Of a stretch of 64,000 bases of DNA, positions 48,227 to 58,885 are shown piece by piece. Within the stretch, counting starts at the first letter, position 1, and each line of letters starts with the position of its first letter. Position numbers and translations under genes: made by a program. The DNA comes from Candidatus Thorarchaeota archaeon (GTDB taxonomy: Archaea; Asgardarchaeota; Thorarchaeia; Thorarchaeales; Thorarchaeaceae). The notes under the pieces are model-generated. The model was not told where the DNA came from, did not search any database, and saw nothing but the letters and a program-made list of their open reading frames with translations. The stretch spans positions 1-64,000 of the forward strand of contig SDNP01000012.1 in the NCBI GenBank assembly GCA_004524445.1, in the 5' to 3' direction.

Positions 48227-48348
48227 TCGCTAAGCACACCCACCCGAATTCGTTGTGTAACTGACATCTCCTTGGTAAAACAGGGAATTTACGCATAAAT
48301 AGCTTCGGTGCAAATCGATGCAATTGGCAGAGGTTCTATTTCTGCAAT

Positions 48349-49455
48349 TTAGTTGCAGAATACGAATATGCTTTCGACGACATCGCGGAACTCATCATGA
48401 GGTAAGGCTTCATGGGCGCCAATATTCGTGTCACCATATCTCTCTTGATAATAGAGAACTACTCTACGTAATCCAACTCTGCAGAGTTCATCCGCATTTT
48501 CAACGACCAGATAGCATGCAAAATCATCAGACCGCTCAATGATCACCTCTCTTGATTCAAGCCGTACGTGGCGCAGATTTTCTTCTCTGTCAGTACTCCT
48601 AGTTATCTCATCAATGAGTTTGGATGTCCCACAGATTGCTGCTGATGTCAACTCAGCTGTGATGAGGTTATCTTGACTCCAGTCATAATAAGCCAACGCC
48701 ATGCTGGTATCGATTGAGGAAACAAGTATGATTCGTTGGGGAGTCGCGTGTGAGAATGAGAGAAAGAGAGGATGGCGTGTGAAAGCATAGATTACCAAGC
48801 CCACCGAGAAAGAAAATGAAACATTGGATACCACAGCCCCATACTGATTTGGTAAAATGAAAAGAATGAAAGAGCCTAGAAAGGCCGTAATCAATCCCAC
48901 ATAGAGGAGTTTCAACGACCTTCGTACCATGTAGGGGATGTTCTCTGATTTTTTCCTTTTCGCAACAATGCCCAAGATTTCTAGGGCAGGAAGAGCGGTC
49001 AACGCATTAAGTATCACAAAAAGCATATTGTCCGACGTTACAAACCATATAGAATTCAAGTAATCATAGATTACGAACACATTTCCAGGAAGAATATACA
49101 TAACGCACATTCCAGCATATATCATTGCATAGAGTATGAGACGGTCCCAACTCACTTTGGCCTGTCCACCAATAATTCCTCTTAGGATCAAGAATGCCCC
49201 CAAATAGAACAGCAGACCGCTACTCCGAAGAGATACCTCCATGATGATCTGATCCGTGTTGGCTGGTGAATACCTAAACAACAAATCCACTATGCTGGAA
49301 GTGCCAAGAAGAATCATACCGGAGGAAACGAATAGAAGGGGTCGGAATTCCCACTTGCGATATGCATCAATGGACCGCCATGCCATATACAGAAAGATGA
49401 GCAAAGTGATGACAATGGCGGCAATGTTTAATAGAGCAATAGATGAGAGTTGCAT
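48349..49455 (-). CDS. 7TM membrane protein fused to a C-terminal longin-like domain
   Basis: Seven hydrophobic segments, then RIILVSS...ELTSAAICGTSKLIDEI...LRHVRLESREVIIE...CYLVV. Confidence 0.7.
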   Translation of the reverse strand: MQLSSIALLNIAAIVITLLIFLYMAWRSIDAYRKWEFRPLLFVSSGMILLGTSSIVDLLFRYSPANTDQIIMEVSLRSSGLLFYLGAFLILRGIIGGQAKVSWDRLILYAMIYAGMCVMYILPGNVFVIYDYLNSIWFVTSDNMLFVILNALTALPALEILGIVAKRKKSENIPYMVRRSLKLLYVGLITAFLGSFILFILPNQYGAVVSNVSFSFSVGLVIYAFTRHPLFLSFSHATPQRIILVSSIDTSMALAYYDWSQDNLITAELTSAAICGTSKLIDEITRSTDREENLRHVRLESREVIIERSDDFACYLVVENADELCRVGLRRVVLYYQERYGDTNIGAHEALPHDEFRDVVESIFVFCN

Positions 49456-49663
49456 TTTGGTGGTGCGCTCCGACAGGATGCTTTGCTAGGTAGCGTGAGT
49501 TGTAGATGAGAATGAGCCTAGCAGAATAATAAGTCTATGTCAACTGGAATGAGGGTTTAGCAACATCAAAAGCAAACTTGGAGATATATGAGATGACAGT
49601 TTGGACAATGAGCGGGCTTCAGTGTGGCGCTTAAATTCTCTGCTTCTGAACTCTCATCCGAGG

Positions 49664-50102
49664 TCATCCCACGACCTCAAGGAGTTCAACCCAGTACCGT
49701 TTCTGGGAGGACAACACTCCTTTGTGCAAGATTGTCCAACCTAGAATAAACGGTTTCTCAAGACGTAGTTCACCCAATCTAATCTCGAATACAGTGTCAG
49801 CAGCATCAATCTTACTGCCGACTATTTGGGCATAATTTCTCAAAATTGCTGCTCTCTTGTCTGTTGTATAAGCCATATAGCTAATATGGCAATAGTTCGA
49901 ATGTCATCTTGCCGTACTGAAATTTCCTCTACCTTCTTTAGAATCTCAAGAAGTCCATTAGCCTCTAAAGTTGCCCTCTGTGATGTCAATTCAGCGACAA
50001 TCTTCTCCATATCATCTGCGAATTAATCAAGTGATTGTTTCACTTCTTTGACCGTGCGCCATCAACTATTTGATCTACATTCCAAGACCGATCTTCCACC
50101 AT
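49664..50102 (-). pseudogene. Degraded 5' fragment of an oligoendopeptidase F (M3B)-like gene
   Basis: GAGGAG RBS, MVEDRSWNVDQIVDGA / frameshift / TVKEVKQSLD*FADDMEKIV... / frameshift / YMAYTTDKRAAILRNYAQ...FEIRLGEL. Confidence 0.5.
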
Positions 50103-50193
50103 AATGAAAACCAGCTCCTCAGCATAGCAATTGCATTAAAAGCACTGCAGTCTCAGCCTTCATCAAGACGCAAGACAATGGACGCACATTAGG

Positions 50194-50859
50194 TTGAGTG
50201 AAGATACAATGGCAGCCTATCGATATGACCTGCACATACACACCAACTACTCAGATGGCGTTGCCTCTGTCAGAGAAGTTGTGGAGAAGGCAGCGGCACT
50301 CCGACTTGAAACAATAGCTATCACCGACCACTTCTGGCCATCTTTGGGTAGTCAACGGGCAAAGAGAGGACTCATCAAAAATCGCAGAATCGAAATCGAC
50401 CAGCTGAGAAGTGAGTATCCAGGACTCAGAATTCTTGATGGGGCAGAAGTAGATATCATGCCATATGGTAAACTGGCAGATGTTTCGGGTGGGTACGGTC
50501 AATTTGACATCCTAATAGGTTCATTTCATTACACCTGCGATTCATCACTCTGGAGTTCTACATTGATAAAGGCACTGAGAGAGTTCAACTTCGATACATT
50601 GGGACATTGGGATGGTTATCTGACAAATTATCGGAAAGAGGACGGGCGGAGAGCGGCACAAGCACTTGCAGAAGCAAATGTGGCGATAGAATTGAGCGCC
50701 AGATATCCTGTCAGTCATACCGAGTTCCTAGAACTTGCGAGGGATGCCGGCTGTAAGTTTGTCTTGGGAAGCGATGCGCATACCCTTAACGAGATTGGAC
50801 GATTAGATGACCAAATCAAGATGGCAGAAGCTCTGAATCTTCCTCTCGTAGAGTATTAG
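50194..50859 (+). CDS. PHP domain phosphoesterase
   Basis: DLHIHTNYSDG, AITDH, GAEVD, GSFH, LGH, GSDAH. Confidence 0.9.
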   Translation: MSEDTMAAYRYDLHIHTNYSDGVASVREVVEKAAALRLETIAITDHFWPSLGSQRAKRGLIKNRRIEIDQLRSEYPGLRILDGAEVDIMPYGKLADVSGGYGQFDILIGSFHYTCDSSLWSSTLIKALREFNFDTLGHWDGYLTNYRKEDGRRAAQALAEANVAIELSARYPVSHTEFLELARDAGCKFVLGSDAHTLNEIGRLDDQIKMAEALNLPLVEY

Positions 50860-50940
50860 CAGGGTAAAGAAGAATATCCAGAACGTTTTTGTCTGCTATC
50901 ACCTCTCTATTTCCTGGATATTTAACGGAGGAATAACTCG

Positions 50941-51363
50941 ATGAATGAAGATAAGCTGCTATTCCCATCAGAAGAATGGATTAATATTTACATGGAAAAG
51001 CTGAACAACAATAAGGCCTACAAAGACGCGGCGTCCACTTGGGAGGGCGATTTCATTTTTCAAATAGACCCCGATGGTGAGATAGTGGAGGAACCCATCA
51101 GATTCTACTTAGACCTTTGGCATGGTGATTGCAGAGAGGCAAAGATGGCGGATGAGGATACTGATGCTGAGTTTGTCTACCAAGGCCCGTACAAGAATTG
51201 GAAGAAGTTGATTGAGGGAGAGATAGACCCGATAAAGGGACTGATGTCAAGGAAATTTAAGCTCGGAAAAGGCGACATGGGAAAAATTATGCGAGCTACA
51301 AAGGCAGCAGCTGAGCTGGTGGCTACTGCATCGCAAATGCCAACCAAGTATCTAGACGAATAG
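50941..51363 (+). CDS. SCP2 sterol/lipid-binding domain protein
   Basis: FPSEEW...WEGDF...LDLWHGDC...WKKLIEGEIDPIKGLM.RKFKL. Confidence 0.88.
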   Translation: MNEDKLLFPSEEWINIYMEKLNNNKAYKDAASTWEGDFIFQIDPDGEIVEEPIRFYLDLWHGDCREAKMADEDTDAEFVYQGPYKNWKKLIEGEIDPIKGLMSRKFKLGKGDMGKIMRATKAAAELVATASQMPTKYLDE

Positions 51364-51397
51364 AACAAACAGCTAAAGACTACCAGGAGCAAGAGTA

Positions 51398-52483
51398 TTG
51401 AGCTTTCTTTACACTGATGTCTGTACATCTTTAGGCATCAAGTATCCCATATTCCAAGGAGGAATGGGGCCCTATAAGACGGAAGACTTGGCGATAGCTG
51501 TCAGTAATGCCGGTGCACTAGGAGTGATTAGTAGCATCGGGATGGCAGCAACGCTTCTACCCGAAGCAGCACCTGTCGATGCAAAGAGGATGTTTGGAGA
51601 GGACCCACCAAAAGAGCTGCTGAGAAAATCAATAGAACGAGTCGCGGAAGAAACAAAGGCAAGTGAGGGAATATTTGGGGTAAATGTGCCCGTGGCATCT
51701 GAGTTCATTCTAGCATCCAAGATGTTCGTGGAACAAGTAATCGAATCAAGAGAGAACGATTCAGAAATTGAGAAGCGGCTCAGAGTTTTAGTTACGTCAG
51801 CAGGCAACCCCACCCCATGGGCGGAAGTGAAGAAGCATGGGCTGACCTGGGTTCATGTTGTACCATCAGTCTATCACGCCAAAAAGGCCGAAAAAGCAGG
51901 AGCAGATATAATCGTCGCTTCGGGGCATGAGGGAGGGGCACATGTTTCATGGGACCCGGTTCACTCAATGGTCTTAGTACCTGCGGTGGTGCGAAGCGTG
52001 GATGTGCCGGTTGTTGCCGCGGGAGGCTTTTGTGATGGGGCATCTTTGGCTGCTGCGATTTGTTTGGGTGCAGATGGTATTCAGATGGGAACCAGATTCA
52101 TTGCAACAAAAGAAAGCGATTTCGAAGATCTTTGGAAGAAGGCGATTATTGACAGAGAGGAAAGACAGACGTTAACGGGAAGGGGGCTATTTGGACCAAT
52201 GAGATTCCTACGAAATAAGAGAGCCGAGAGGATTGTAGAGAGAACATTGAAGGATGTACCTTCATTCTATCTCGGAGAACCAGTGCAGTCAAATGAAGAA
52301 ATCCTGGAATTGGAGAGGTCAGGTTTCGATGAGCTCCTCAATGGCAATGAGAGTGAAGCACTCATGTTTGGTGGGGAGTGTTCAGGCCGAGTTGACGATC
52401 TCCCGTCAGTAGAGGAGCTAATAACTAGAATAATGAATGAATCAAGGAGCGCTTTCAACCGCATATGTGACAGTCTGGAGTAA
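51398..52483 (+). CDS. Nitronate monooxygenase / FabK-like flavoprotein
   Basis: LGIKYPIFQGGM, VSNAGALG, GHEGGAH, AAGGFCDG, GADGIQMGTRF. Confidence 0.9.
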   Translation: MSFLYTDVCTSLGIKYPIFQGGMGPYKTEDLAIAVSNAGALGVISSIGMAATLLPEAAPVDAKRMFGEDPPKELLRKSIERVAEETKASEGIFGVNVPVASEFILASKMFVEQVIESRENDSEIEKRLRVLVTSAGNPTPWAEVKKHGLTWVHVVPSVYHAKKAEKAGADIIVASGHEGGAHVSWDPVHSMVLVPAVVRSVDVPVVAAGGFCDGASLAAAICLGADGIQMGTRFIATKESDFEDLWKKAIIDREERQTLTGRGLFGPMRFLRNKRAERIVERTLKDVPSFYLGEPVQSNEEILELERSGFDELLNGNESEALMFGGECSGRVDDLPSVEELITRIMNESRSAFNRICDSLE

Positions 52484-52587
52484 CTACTCGAAAGAGTCAG
52501 CAGACATAAGAGGGAGTGTTCTAATTGATTGAAAGGAAGGCATATTCAAGCAAATAGCAGGTATGCCATGCCAAGAGGAATGAGAAG

Positions 52588-53763
52588 ATGGTCTGGTGGT
52601 TTCTAGTCCCGAAGGTTGTGTTTGGCGAAGATGCTCTCGATGAACTTGAGCAGATTGAAGGTAAGAAGGCATTCATTGTCACTGACAAGGTGATTGCGGA
52701 AATCGGGCTTGCGGAGAAAGTACAGACAAAGCTTCAAGCACTCAACTGGGACGTTCGCATCTGGAACAATGCAGAGGCAGATCCAAAGGTTTCGACAGCA
52801 AAATCAGCGGCGAAGGAGATGCGAAGCTTTGGAGCAGATTGGATTTTTGCTATTGGAGGCGGATCCGTCATGGATGCCGCAAAAGCCGCGTGGGTACTCT
52901 ATGCGAACCCAGACATGAATCTGGAGGCACTCACACCCTTCGACTCTATAGGGGTCAGAGAGAAAGCAAAACTGGTTTGTATTCCGACAACTGCGGGGAC
53001 AGGTTCAGAAACAACAAAGGCAATAGTTGTTCGCGAAGATGAGTCAGGTAGAAAGTTCGCAACTATCAATTCGGAACTTGTGGCGGATTTGGCAATATTG
53101 GAGCCAGAGTTTGTCAAAGGTCTACCCCGGGACTTGACTGCCTACACGGGAATGGATGCACTGACTCATGCAGTTGAGGCGTATGTATCCATGTGGAAAA
53201 ATGACTTTTCAGATGCATGTGCTCGTCAAGCTATTCGTATGGTCTTTCAATGGCTGCCTAAGTCAGTAGACAACCTGGAGGATTTAGAAGCGAGAGAAAA
53301 GATGCTTGTTGCTGCCAATCTTGCAGGTATGGCATTCAGTAATTCGCAAGTCTGTCTGGCGCACTCTCTCGGACATAGTATGGGATCAGTTCTTCGCACA
53401 CAGCACGGTCTTGCTGTTGGATTGGCCCTTCCATACACCATAGAATACAGCGCACATGATAACCCAGAAACCGCGACTCACTATTCTGATTTGGCAGGAA
53501 TGCTGGGAATTGTCGAAAAGTCTGAGGAGGGCACAGCACGGCTTTTCGCAGAAAGCATTCGGAACTTACAGAAATCGATTGGCTTTCCTACAAGCATAAA
53601 GGAAGCGGGGGTTACAGAGGAGGAATTTGAGAAAGCTCTAGATAAAATGGTAGAATTCGCCATGATGGATTCTAGTATCACGATGACGCCAAGGAATATT
53701 GGAAGCGGAGAAATACGGAGAATGTATGAATACATGTTCGATGGCAAGAGAATTGATTTCTAG
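52588..53763 (+). CDS. Iron-containing alcohol dehydrogenase
   Basis: IGGGSVMDAAK, IPTTAGTGSE, GMDALTHAVE, AHSLGH...HG. Confidence 0.94.
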   Translation: MVWWFLVPKVVFGEDALDELEQIEGKKAFIVTDKVIAEIGLAEKVQTKLQALNWDVRIWNNAEADPKVSTAKSAAKEMRSFGADWIFAIGGGSVMDAAKAAWVLYANPDMNLEALTPFDSIGVREKAKLVCIPTTAGTGSETTKAIVVREDESGRKFATINSELVADLAILEPEFVKGLPRDLTAYTGMDALTHAVEAYVSMWKNDFSDACARQAIRMVFQWLPKSVDNLEDLEAREKMLVAANLAGMAFSNSQVCLAHSLGHSMGSVLRTQHGLAVGLALPYTIEYSAHDNPETATHYSDLAGMLGIVEKSEEGTARLFAESIRNLQKSIGFPTSIKEAGVTEEEFEKALDKMVEFAMMDSSITMTPRNIGSGEIRRMYEYMFDGKRIDF

Positions 53764-53774
53764 GTGGGCTTGAA

Positions 53775-55589
53775 GTGAAGGGATACAGGGGAAAGACACT
53801 CCGAATAAATCTCAGCACATCAGAAACCTCAGTCGAGGAACTGAATGAGGAGCTGGCAAGGCGGTTCATAGGCGGGGCAGGACTTGGAACCAGATTGTTA
53901 TACGATATGGTGGACAAAGATACCAATCCCTTAGGGCCACACAATCCGCTGATATTCATGACAGGACCATTTTGTGGGACGATGGTTCCTACTGGAAGCA
54001 AGGCATCTCTATGTGCACGTTCCCCGTACACGGGTCTCTTGGGATATAGCACCTTTGGAGGTCACTTGGGCGCAGACATCAAGTTCGCCGGTTACGATGG
54101 AATTATCATTACTGGGCAAGCGAGCAAGCCGAGCTATGTTCTAGTAGAAGATGGGGATGTCGAAATCCGAGATGCAAGAGAAATTTGGGGATTAAATACT
54201 GAGGACACATGGAACGCTCTCAAGGAGGAAACAGGTTATAGAAATGCAGGAGTTGCACGCATAGGAATTGCAGGCGAAAATCTCGTCAAATTTGCCAGCG
54301 TGATTGTAGACCACTACCGTGCAGCAGGACGCACCGGAATGGGTGCTGTAATGGGCTCAAAGAGAGTGAAGGCATTAGTTGTAAAGGGGACCGACAGAAA
54401 AGTCCCAGTTTATGATGATGAATTAAGGGAATATACAACAATGCTCAATGATGACAAGAGAGAGGACCCCACATTTGTGATGTACTCCGATTTGGGTACA
54501 GCTGGCTATGTGGATATGGCTAGCATCATGTATGGCTCTCTACCGGCCGGGTACTATACAGTATCAGACTTCGACGCATATGACATCAGCGGGACCACCA
54601 TGCGAGAAAAGATTCTTGTTGGCAAGTCTGCATGCTATCGATGTCCTATTGGGTGTGGCAGGAGAATCAAAGTTGAGAAGGGGAGATACGCAACAGAAGA
54701 GTTTGCAGGACCCGAATTGGAGATTACCGGCACCATGGGTTCCCTCATTCTAAACAACAATCTTGAAGCCTTAGCATATGTAAGCAAGCAGTTCGACTTG
54801 CTAGGCGTCGATTTCATTTCAGGTGGAAACACGATAGCTTTTGCCTACTATCTATTTCAGGAAGGAATCTTAACAGCGAGCGATTTAGATGGTATAGAGC
54901 CTGAATGGGGAGAAGTCGAGAGCGCACTGTCACTATTGGAGAAGATATCGAAAAGGGACGGAGTGGGTGACCTTCTTGCCGAGGGAAGCAAGTCTTTCGG
55001 AGCTGAATATGGTGTTGAGGAGTTGGCGGCACAAGTGAATGGACTAGAGCTTCCTCAGCATGACCCCCGCGGATTCTCGGGTATGGCTATAGCCTATGCT
55101 ACCTCGCCCCGCGGTGCCTGTCATATGAGCGCTGATATGTATAACGTTCAAATGGGCCAGCAGAATGAGGCTCTAGATATTGTAAGTGAGGACAGATTCG
55201 CCAATGAAGCAGATATAGCTGCCAAGCAACAAGACTTCAGGTGTGTCACTAACTCGGCGGTAATCTGCAATTTCTACCCAATAAAGGCTGAAGAGCTTAC
55301 TGAACTCGTGCAAAAGGTGACTGGGTGGGATTATTCTGTATCGGAGCTAGGAATGACTGGGGAGAGAATATTCACATTAATGAGATTGCTTAACCTGAGA
55401 CTCGGTTATTCCACAGAAAATGAAAAGCTGCCTCAAATTGTAATGCAACCTTTGGAGGGACCTACAGAGGGGCATGTTCCTGATATGGATGCACAGCTAT
55501 CCACTTGGTACGAATATCGCAAGTGGGATCGGAAGACAGGCAAACCGAGCACGGAACAACTCGAGAAGCTTGGACTGGACGGTATGTAG
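53775..55589 (+). CDS. aor: Tungsten aldehyde:ferredoxin oxidoreductase
   Basis: AGRTGMGAVMGSK, CYRCPIGC, GPELE, HDPRG, PRGACH. Confidence 0.93.
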   Translation: MKGYRGKTLRINLSTSETSVEELNEELARRFIGGAGLGTRLLYDMVDKDTNPLGPHNPLIFMTGPFCGTMVPTGSKASLCARSPYTGLLGYSTFGGHLGADIKFAGYDGIIITGQASKPSYVLVEDGDVEIRDAREIWGLNTEDTWNALKEETGYRNAGVARIGIAGENLVKFASVIVDHYRAAGRTGMGAVMGSKRVKALVVKGTDRKVPVYDDELREYTTMLNDDKREDPTFVMYSDLGTAGYVDMASIMYGSLPAGYYTVSDFDAYDISGTTMREKILVGKSACYRCPIGCGRRIKVEKGRYATEEFAGPELEITGTMGSLILNNNLEALAYVSKQFDLLGVDFISGGNTIAFAYYLFQEGILTASDLDGIEPEWGEVESALSLLEKISKRDGVGDLLAEGSKSFGAEYGVEELAAQVNGLELPQHDPRGFSGMAIAYATSPRGACHMSADMYNVQMGQQNEALDIVSEDRFANEADIAAKQQDFRCVTNSAVICNFYPIKAEELTELVQKVTGWDYSVSELGMTGERIFTLMRLLNLRLGYSTENEKLPQIVMQPLEGPTEGHVPDMDAQLSTWYEYRKWDRKTGKPSTEQLEKLGLDGM

Positions 55590-55595
55590 GCGGAG

Positions 55596-57107
55596 TCAAG
55601 AGCTCATGTTTCCAACATTAGCTAGAACAGACTTTAGCACATCATAGAGAATACCTACGTCTTCGATTTTCAGTTTCTCGTCGGGAGAATGGGGATTCTT
55701 TATTGTTGGGCCTATCGATACCATCTGTAGTCCAGGGATTCCCGCGCCCAGAATACCGCATTCTAATCCTGCGTGGATGGCTTCCACAATCACATCTTCC
55801 CCATAAACTTCCTCATACTTTTTCCGAAGGAACTTCAGAAACGGACTCTGTGGATTTGGAGCCCAGCCAGGATACGCCGGGCTTCTTGTGCCGACCCATC
55901 CACCCATTTTTCCAATAAACATCAATCGTCGCCTCACAGACTCCAATTCCTCTTGAATACTGCTTCGTGAGGACATCTGTAATTCAATGCCATGTTCATC
56001 AGTATTGATTACTGCCACATTGTTCGATGTTTCGACAAGATCTTCTACTGTCGGTGAATATCTCAGGGGCCCATGTGGGAGAGAATGGATTGTCCGAATA
56101 ACACATACTGAGCTCTCTGTGTTAAATGTGCTAACGGGAACCGACTCGGTCAAAGCAATGTCGATGTTTGGTTCGAGAATACCCCCGTTGATACCTTGTC
56201 TGTTGTAGTAGTCGGTTATTGCTGAGATTTCTTCCTCAATCAGTCTCTTTGTTTCATCTGCATCTTCTTTTTTCACCGCAAAGATAGCATGAGATTCTCG
56301 AGGTATCGCATTTCTCTTACCCCCACCGGTCCAATTGGATAATCTTACCTCGACTTCGTCAACCAAGGTAGACAAACATCGAGCAACAAGTTTGTTTGCA
56401 TTAGCTCGAGGCTCATGAATATCTACACCGGAGTGCCCACCCTGGAGTCCTGAAATGGAAAGTTTCAGGAACAAGTCATCACTCTTCGGCTCAAATTTCT
56501 GGATCTTCTTCTCAAGAACTGTATCTCCACCACCAGCCGAGCCTATAGTTATCACGCCTACATCTTCAGAATCGAGATTTATGAGAAGCTTGCTCTCAAT
56601 GCCCATTTCTTCTGGGTCTAATGCAAAGGCACCTGTGAGACCAGTTTCTTCGTCTACAGTTGCAAGCATCTCGAGAGGGCCATGCTTGACATCCGGGTCT
56701 GTCAATATCGCTAGGCCAAGTGACATTCCAATTCCATTATCTGCTCCTAAGGTTGTTTCGTCCGCATCGACCCAATCACCATTATCCTGAATTCGAACAG
56801 GTATTGGTTTATTCTCAAAATCAAATCCACCTTCTTTATCGGTTTCACATACCATATCCAAATGACCTTGAAGCATGACCGTTGGGGCATCCTCCATGTC
56901 GGGGTCCGCTTCCTTCTTGATGAGAATGTTTCCGGCCTCATCCTCAATAACATCAAATTCTAGGTCAAGTTCTTCGGCCTTCTTGGCAATCCACTTTTTT
57001 AGACGCTGTCTGATTTTCTCCTCTTTCTTTGATGGGCGTGGCGTCTTTGTAAAGACCTCCTCGAAAATATGCCAAACAATTTGTGGCTCTAGCTTCTCAA
57101 GCACCAT
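55596..57107 (-). CDS. pepD: Aminoacyl-histidine dipeptidase (M20C)
   Basis: QGHLDMV, TLGADNG, DEETG, INLDSED, GGHSG, HAGLECG, HSPDE. Confidence 0.94.
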   Translation of the reverse strand: MVLEKLEPQIVWHIFEEVFTKTPRPSKKEEKIRQRLKKWIAKKAEELDLEFDVIEDEAGNILIKKEADPDMEDAPTVMLQGHLDMVCETDKEGGFDFENKPIPVRIQDNGDWVDADETTLGADNGIGMSLGLAILTDPDVKHGPLEMLATVDEETGLTGAFALDPEEMGIESKLLINLDSEDVGVITIGSAGGGDTVLEKKIQKFEPKSDDLFLKLSISGLQGGHSGVDIHEPRANANKLVARCLSTLVDEVEVRLSNWTGGGKRNAIPRESHAIFAVKKEDADETKRLIEEEISAITDYYNRQGINGGILEPNIDIALTESVPVSTFNTESSVCVIRTIHSLPHGPLRYSPTVEDLVETSNNVAVINTDEHGIELQMSSRSSIQEELESVRRRLMFIGKMGGWVGTRSPAYPGWAPNPQSPFLKFLRKKYEEVYGEDVIVEAIHAGLECGILGAGIPGLQMVSIGPTIKNPHSPDEKLKIEDVGILYDVLKSVLANVGNMSS

Positions 57108-57219
57108 GATATTCAATCTCCAGTGCTCTAAGAAAAGAGCAGCCGTCTAATAGTCTTTACCACAGAGACGCTATCTTTTTGTCTATGTTCTCAAATCAAT
57201 TTTGATTGAGAGGATTACA

Positions 57220-58095
57220 ATGGTATTCGATCCCGCACTAACAACAGCACTTCGCGAGGCGCTACCTTGGGCAGGCCCATTCTTCTTGGCAATCACTGAG
57301 CTTGGCTCTGAAACCTTCTATGTAGTACTAATTCTCGTGGGTTACTGGGCATTTCGGAAGAAGGACTCCATTAAGGTGGCATATGTTCTTATCGCATCAG
57401 TTGTATCAAATTACTGGCTAAAACTAGCAATAGCAAACCCAAGACCAGACCCAACGAACTGGTTAGGCGACTACGAAGCGAGTAATTATAGCACACCAAG
57501 CGGTCATTCTCAGAATTCAGCTACTCTATTTGGATGGATAGCTGCAAAAGCGAAAATGTGGTGGATGTACATTTTATCAGGGATTCTTATTTTTCTCATT
57601 GGAATATCTAGAGTGTATATCGGAGTCCACTATTTGGGTGATGTCTTACTTGGGTGGGGAGTAGGAATTCTTACGGTCACATTGCTTTATTTCGCAGAAG
57701 AGCCTATGTCTGCGTATTTTGAGAAAATGGATGGGCTACTCGCATATGGTCTGCTGTTCATCTTCGGACTTTTAGCTACAATTATATCTTCGTTTCTACT
57801 TCCACAGCCACCGGGAGATAATTTCGGAGCATTAGGCGGACTAATCATGGGTTTGGCAATTGGTCTTCCTTTGGAACAGCGATATGTGATGTTTGAAACT
57901 TCTGCACCAAATGGACAGAAGTGGCGAATAATACTCAGGGTTCTTATCGGTCTGATTTTAGTTCTTGGAGTAATGATTGGTCTGGCGCCAATCTTGGTGA
58001 CCGAGAATGTATTTCTCAGGGCTATAAGATATACCCTTGTCGTCATAATTGGTTCCTTTGTTTGGCCTCTGATATTCAAGCGGGTCGGTTTCTAA
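57220..58095 (+). CDS. PAP2 superfamily membrane phosphatase
   Basis: KLAIANPRP, PSGH, SRVYIGVHYLGDV. Confidence 0.92.
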   Translation: MVFDPALTTALREALPWAGPFFLAITELGSETFYVVLILVGYWAFRKKDSIKVAYVLIASVVSNYWLKLAIANPRPDPTNWLGDYEASNYSTPSGHSQNSATLFGWIAAKAKMWWMYILSGILIFLIGISRVYIGVHYLGDVLLGWGVGILTVTLLYFAEEPMSAYFEKMDGLLAYGLLFIFGLLATIISSFLLPQPPGDNFGALGGLIMGLAIGLPLEQRYVMFETSAPNGQKWRIILRVLIGLILVLGVMIGLAPILVTENVFLRAIRYTLVVIIGSFVWPLIFKRVGF

Positions 58096-58156
58096 GACAG
58101 TAATAAAACGCATCTCGATAGATTCAATAGCAGGGACACTAGCTAATAGAAGGAGT

Positions 58157-58885
58157 TTGAAACCTATGGAAAGTAGTTTCAGCAGTCCATTAAACAATCC
58201 TCTGTATCCTCCCCCACCCTACCATTATGAGAATGCACGATTATCTCTTTCATTATTCTATCCGTCGGAGGGTTCAGTTCAATCACTTCTCCCAACTCCA
58301 CTAAAGCCTTCACAGCTTCCGCTCATGGCTTTGCTTGTCGCTGAACAGCCATGCAAAGAAACGGGCACTTTCATGGAGGCAGGGGTACTCGTACAGTGTA
58401 TGTTTGATAATCCGGATTCAGGTCAAGAAGATGTGGGGGTTTATTTCGCTCAGAACTTCGTTGACTCTGACATTGCTCTGGCGGCAGGGAGGGAGATTTG
58501 GGGGTACCCGAGAAAACTCGCGAATATATCTTTGGATTTGAAAGGAGATATATTGAGCACGAAGGTGATTCGAAACGGAACCCTTCTGATAGAAACCACT
58601 TGCGAATTATCAGACGAAGGTGAATGGATTGATAGCGGCCCCAACATCAATGCCAAGGTAATACCGAAAACCGATGGAACTGGTCATTCAATATCATCTC
58701 TGACGGCAGCTTACCTCACCTATGATATTAAGAATGGCCGCTCGGGTGATGTGGAGATAAACATTCATGGGACACCCGAGAATGGTCTTGATGCCATTGA
58801 AATTGAGAGCTCAATGATTGGGCTCTATTTTGAATGCGACATGATTGTTCCTGCGGCGAAAGAAATCGCGAATTTGGAGTTATAG
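58157..58885 (+). CDS. Acetoacetate decarboxylase superfamily protein
   Basis: PPPPYHY, LLP.PL, ALAAGREIWGYPRKLA. Confidence 0.85.
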   Translation: MKPMESSFSSPLNNPLYPPPPYHYENARLSLSLFYPSEGSVQSLLPTPLKPSQLPLMALLVAEQPCKETGTFMEAGVLVQCMFDNPDSGQEDVGVYFAQNFVDSDIALAAGREIWGYPRKLANISLDLKGDILSTKVIRNGTLLIETTCELSDEGEWIDSGPNINAKVIPKTDGTGHSISSLTAAYLTYDIKNGRSGDVEINIHGTPENGLDAIEIESSMIGLYFECDMIVPAAKEIANLEL

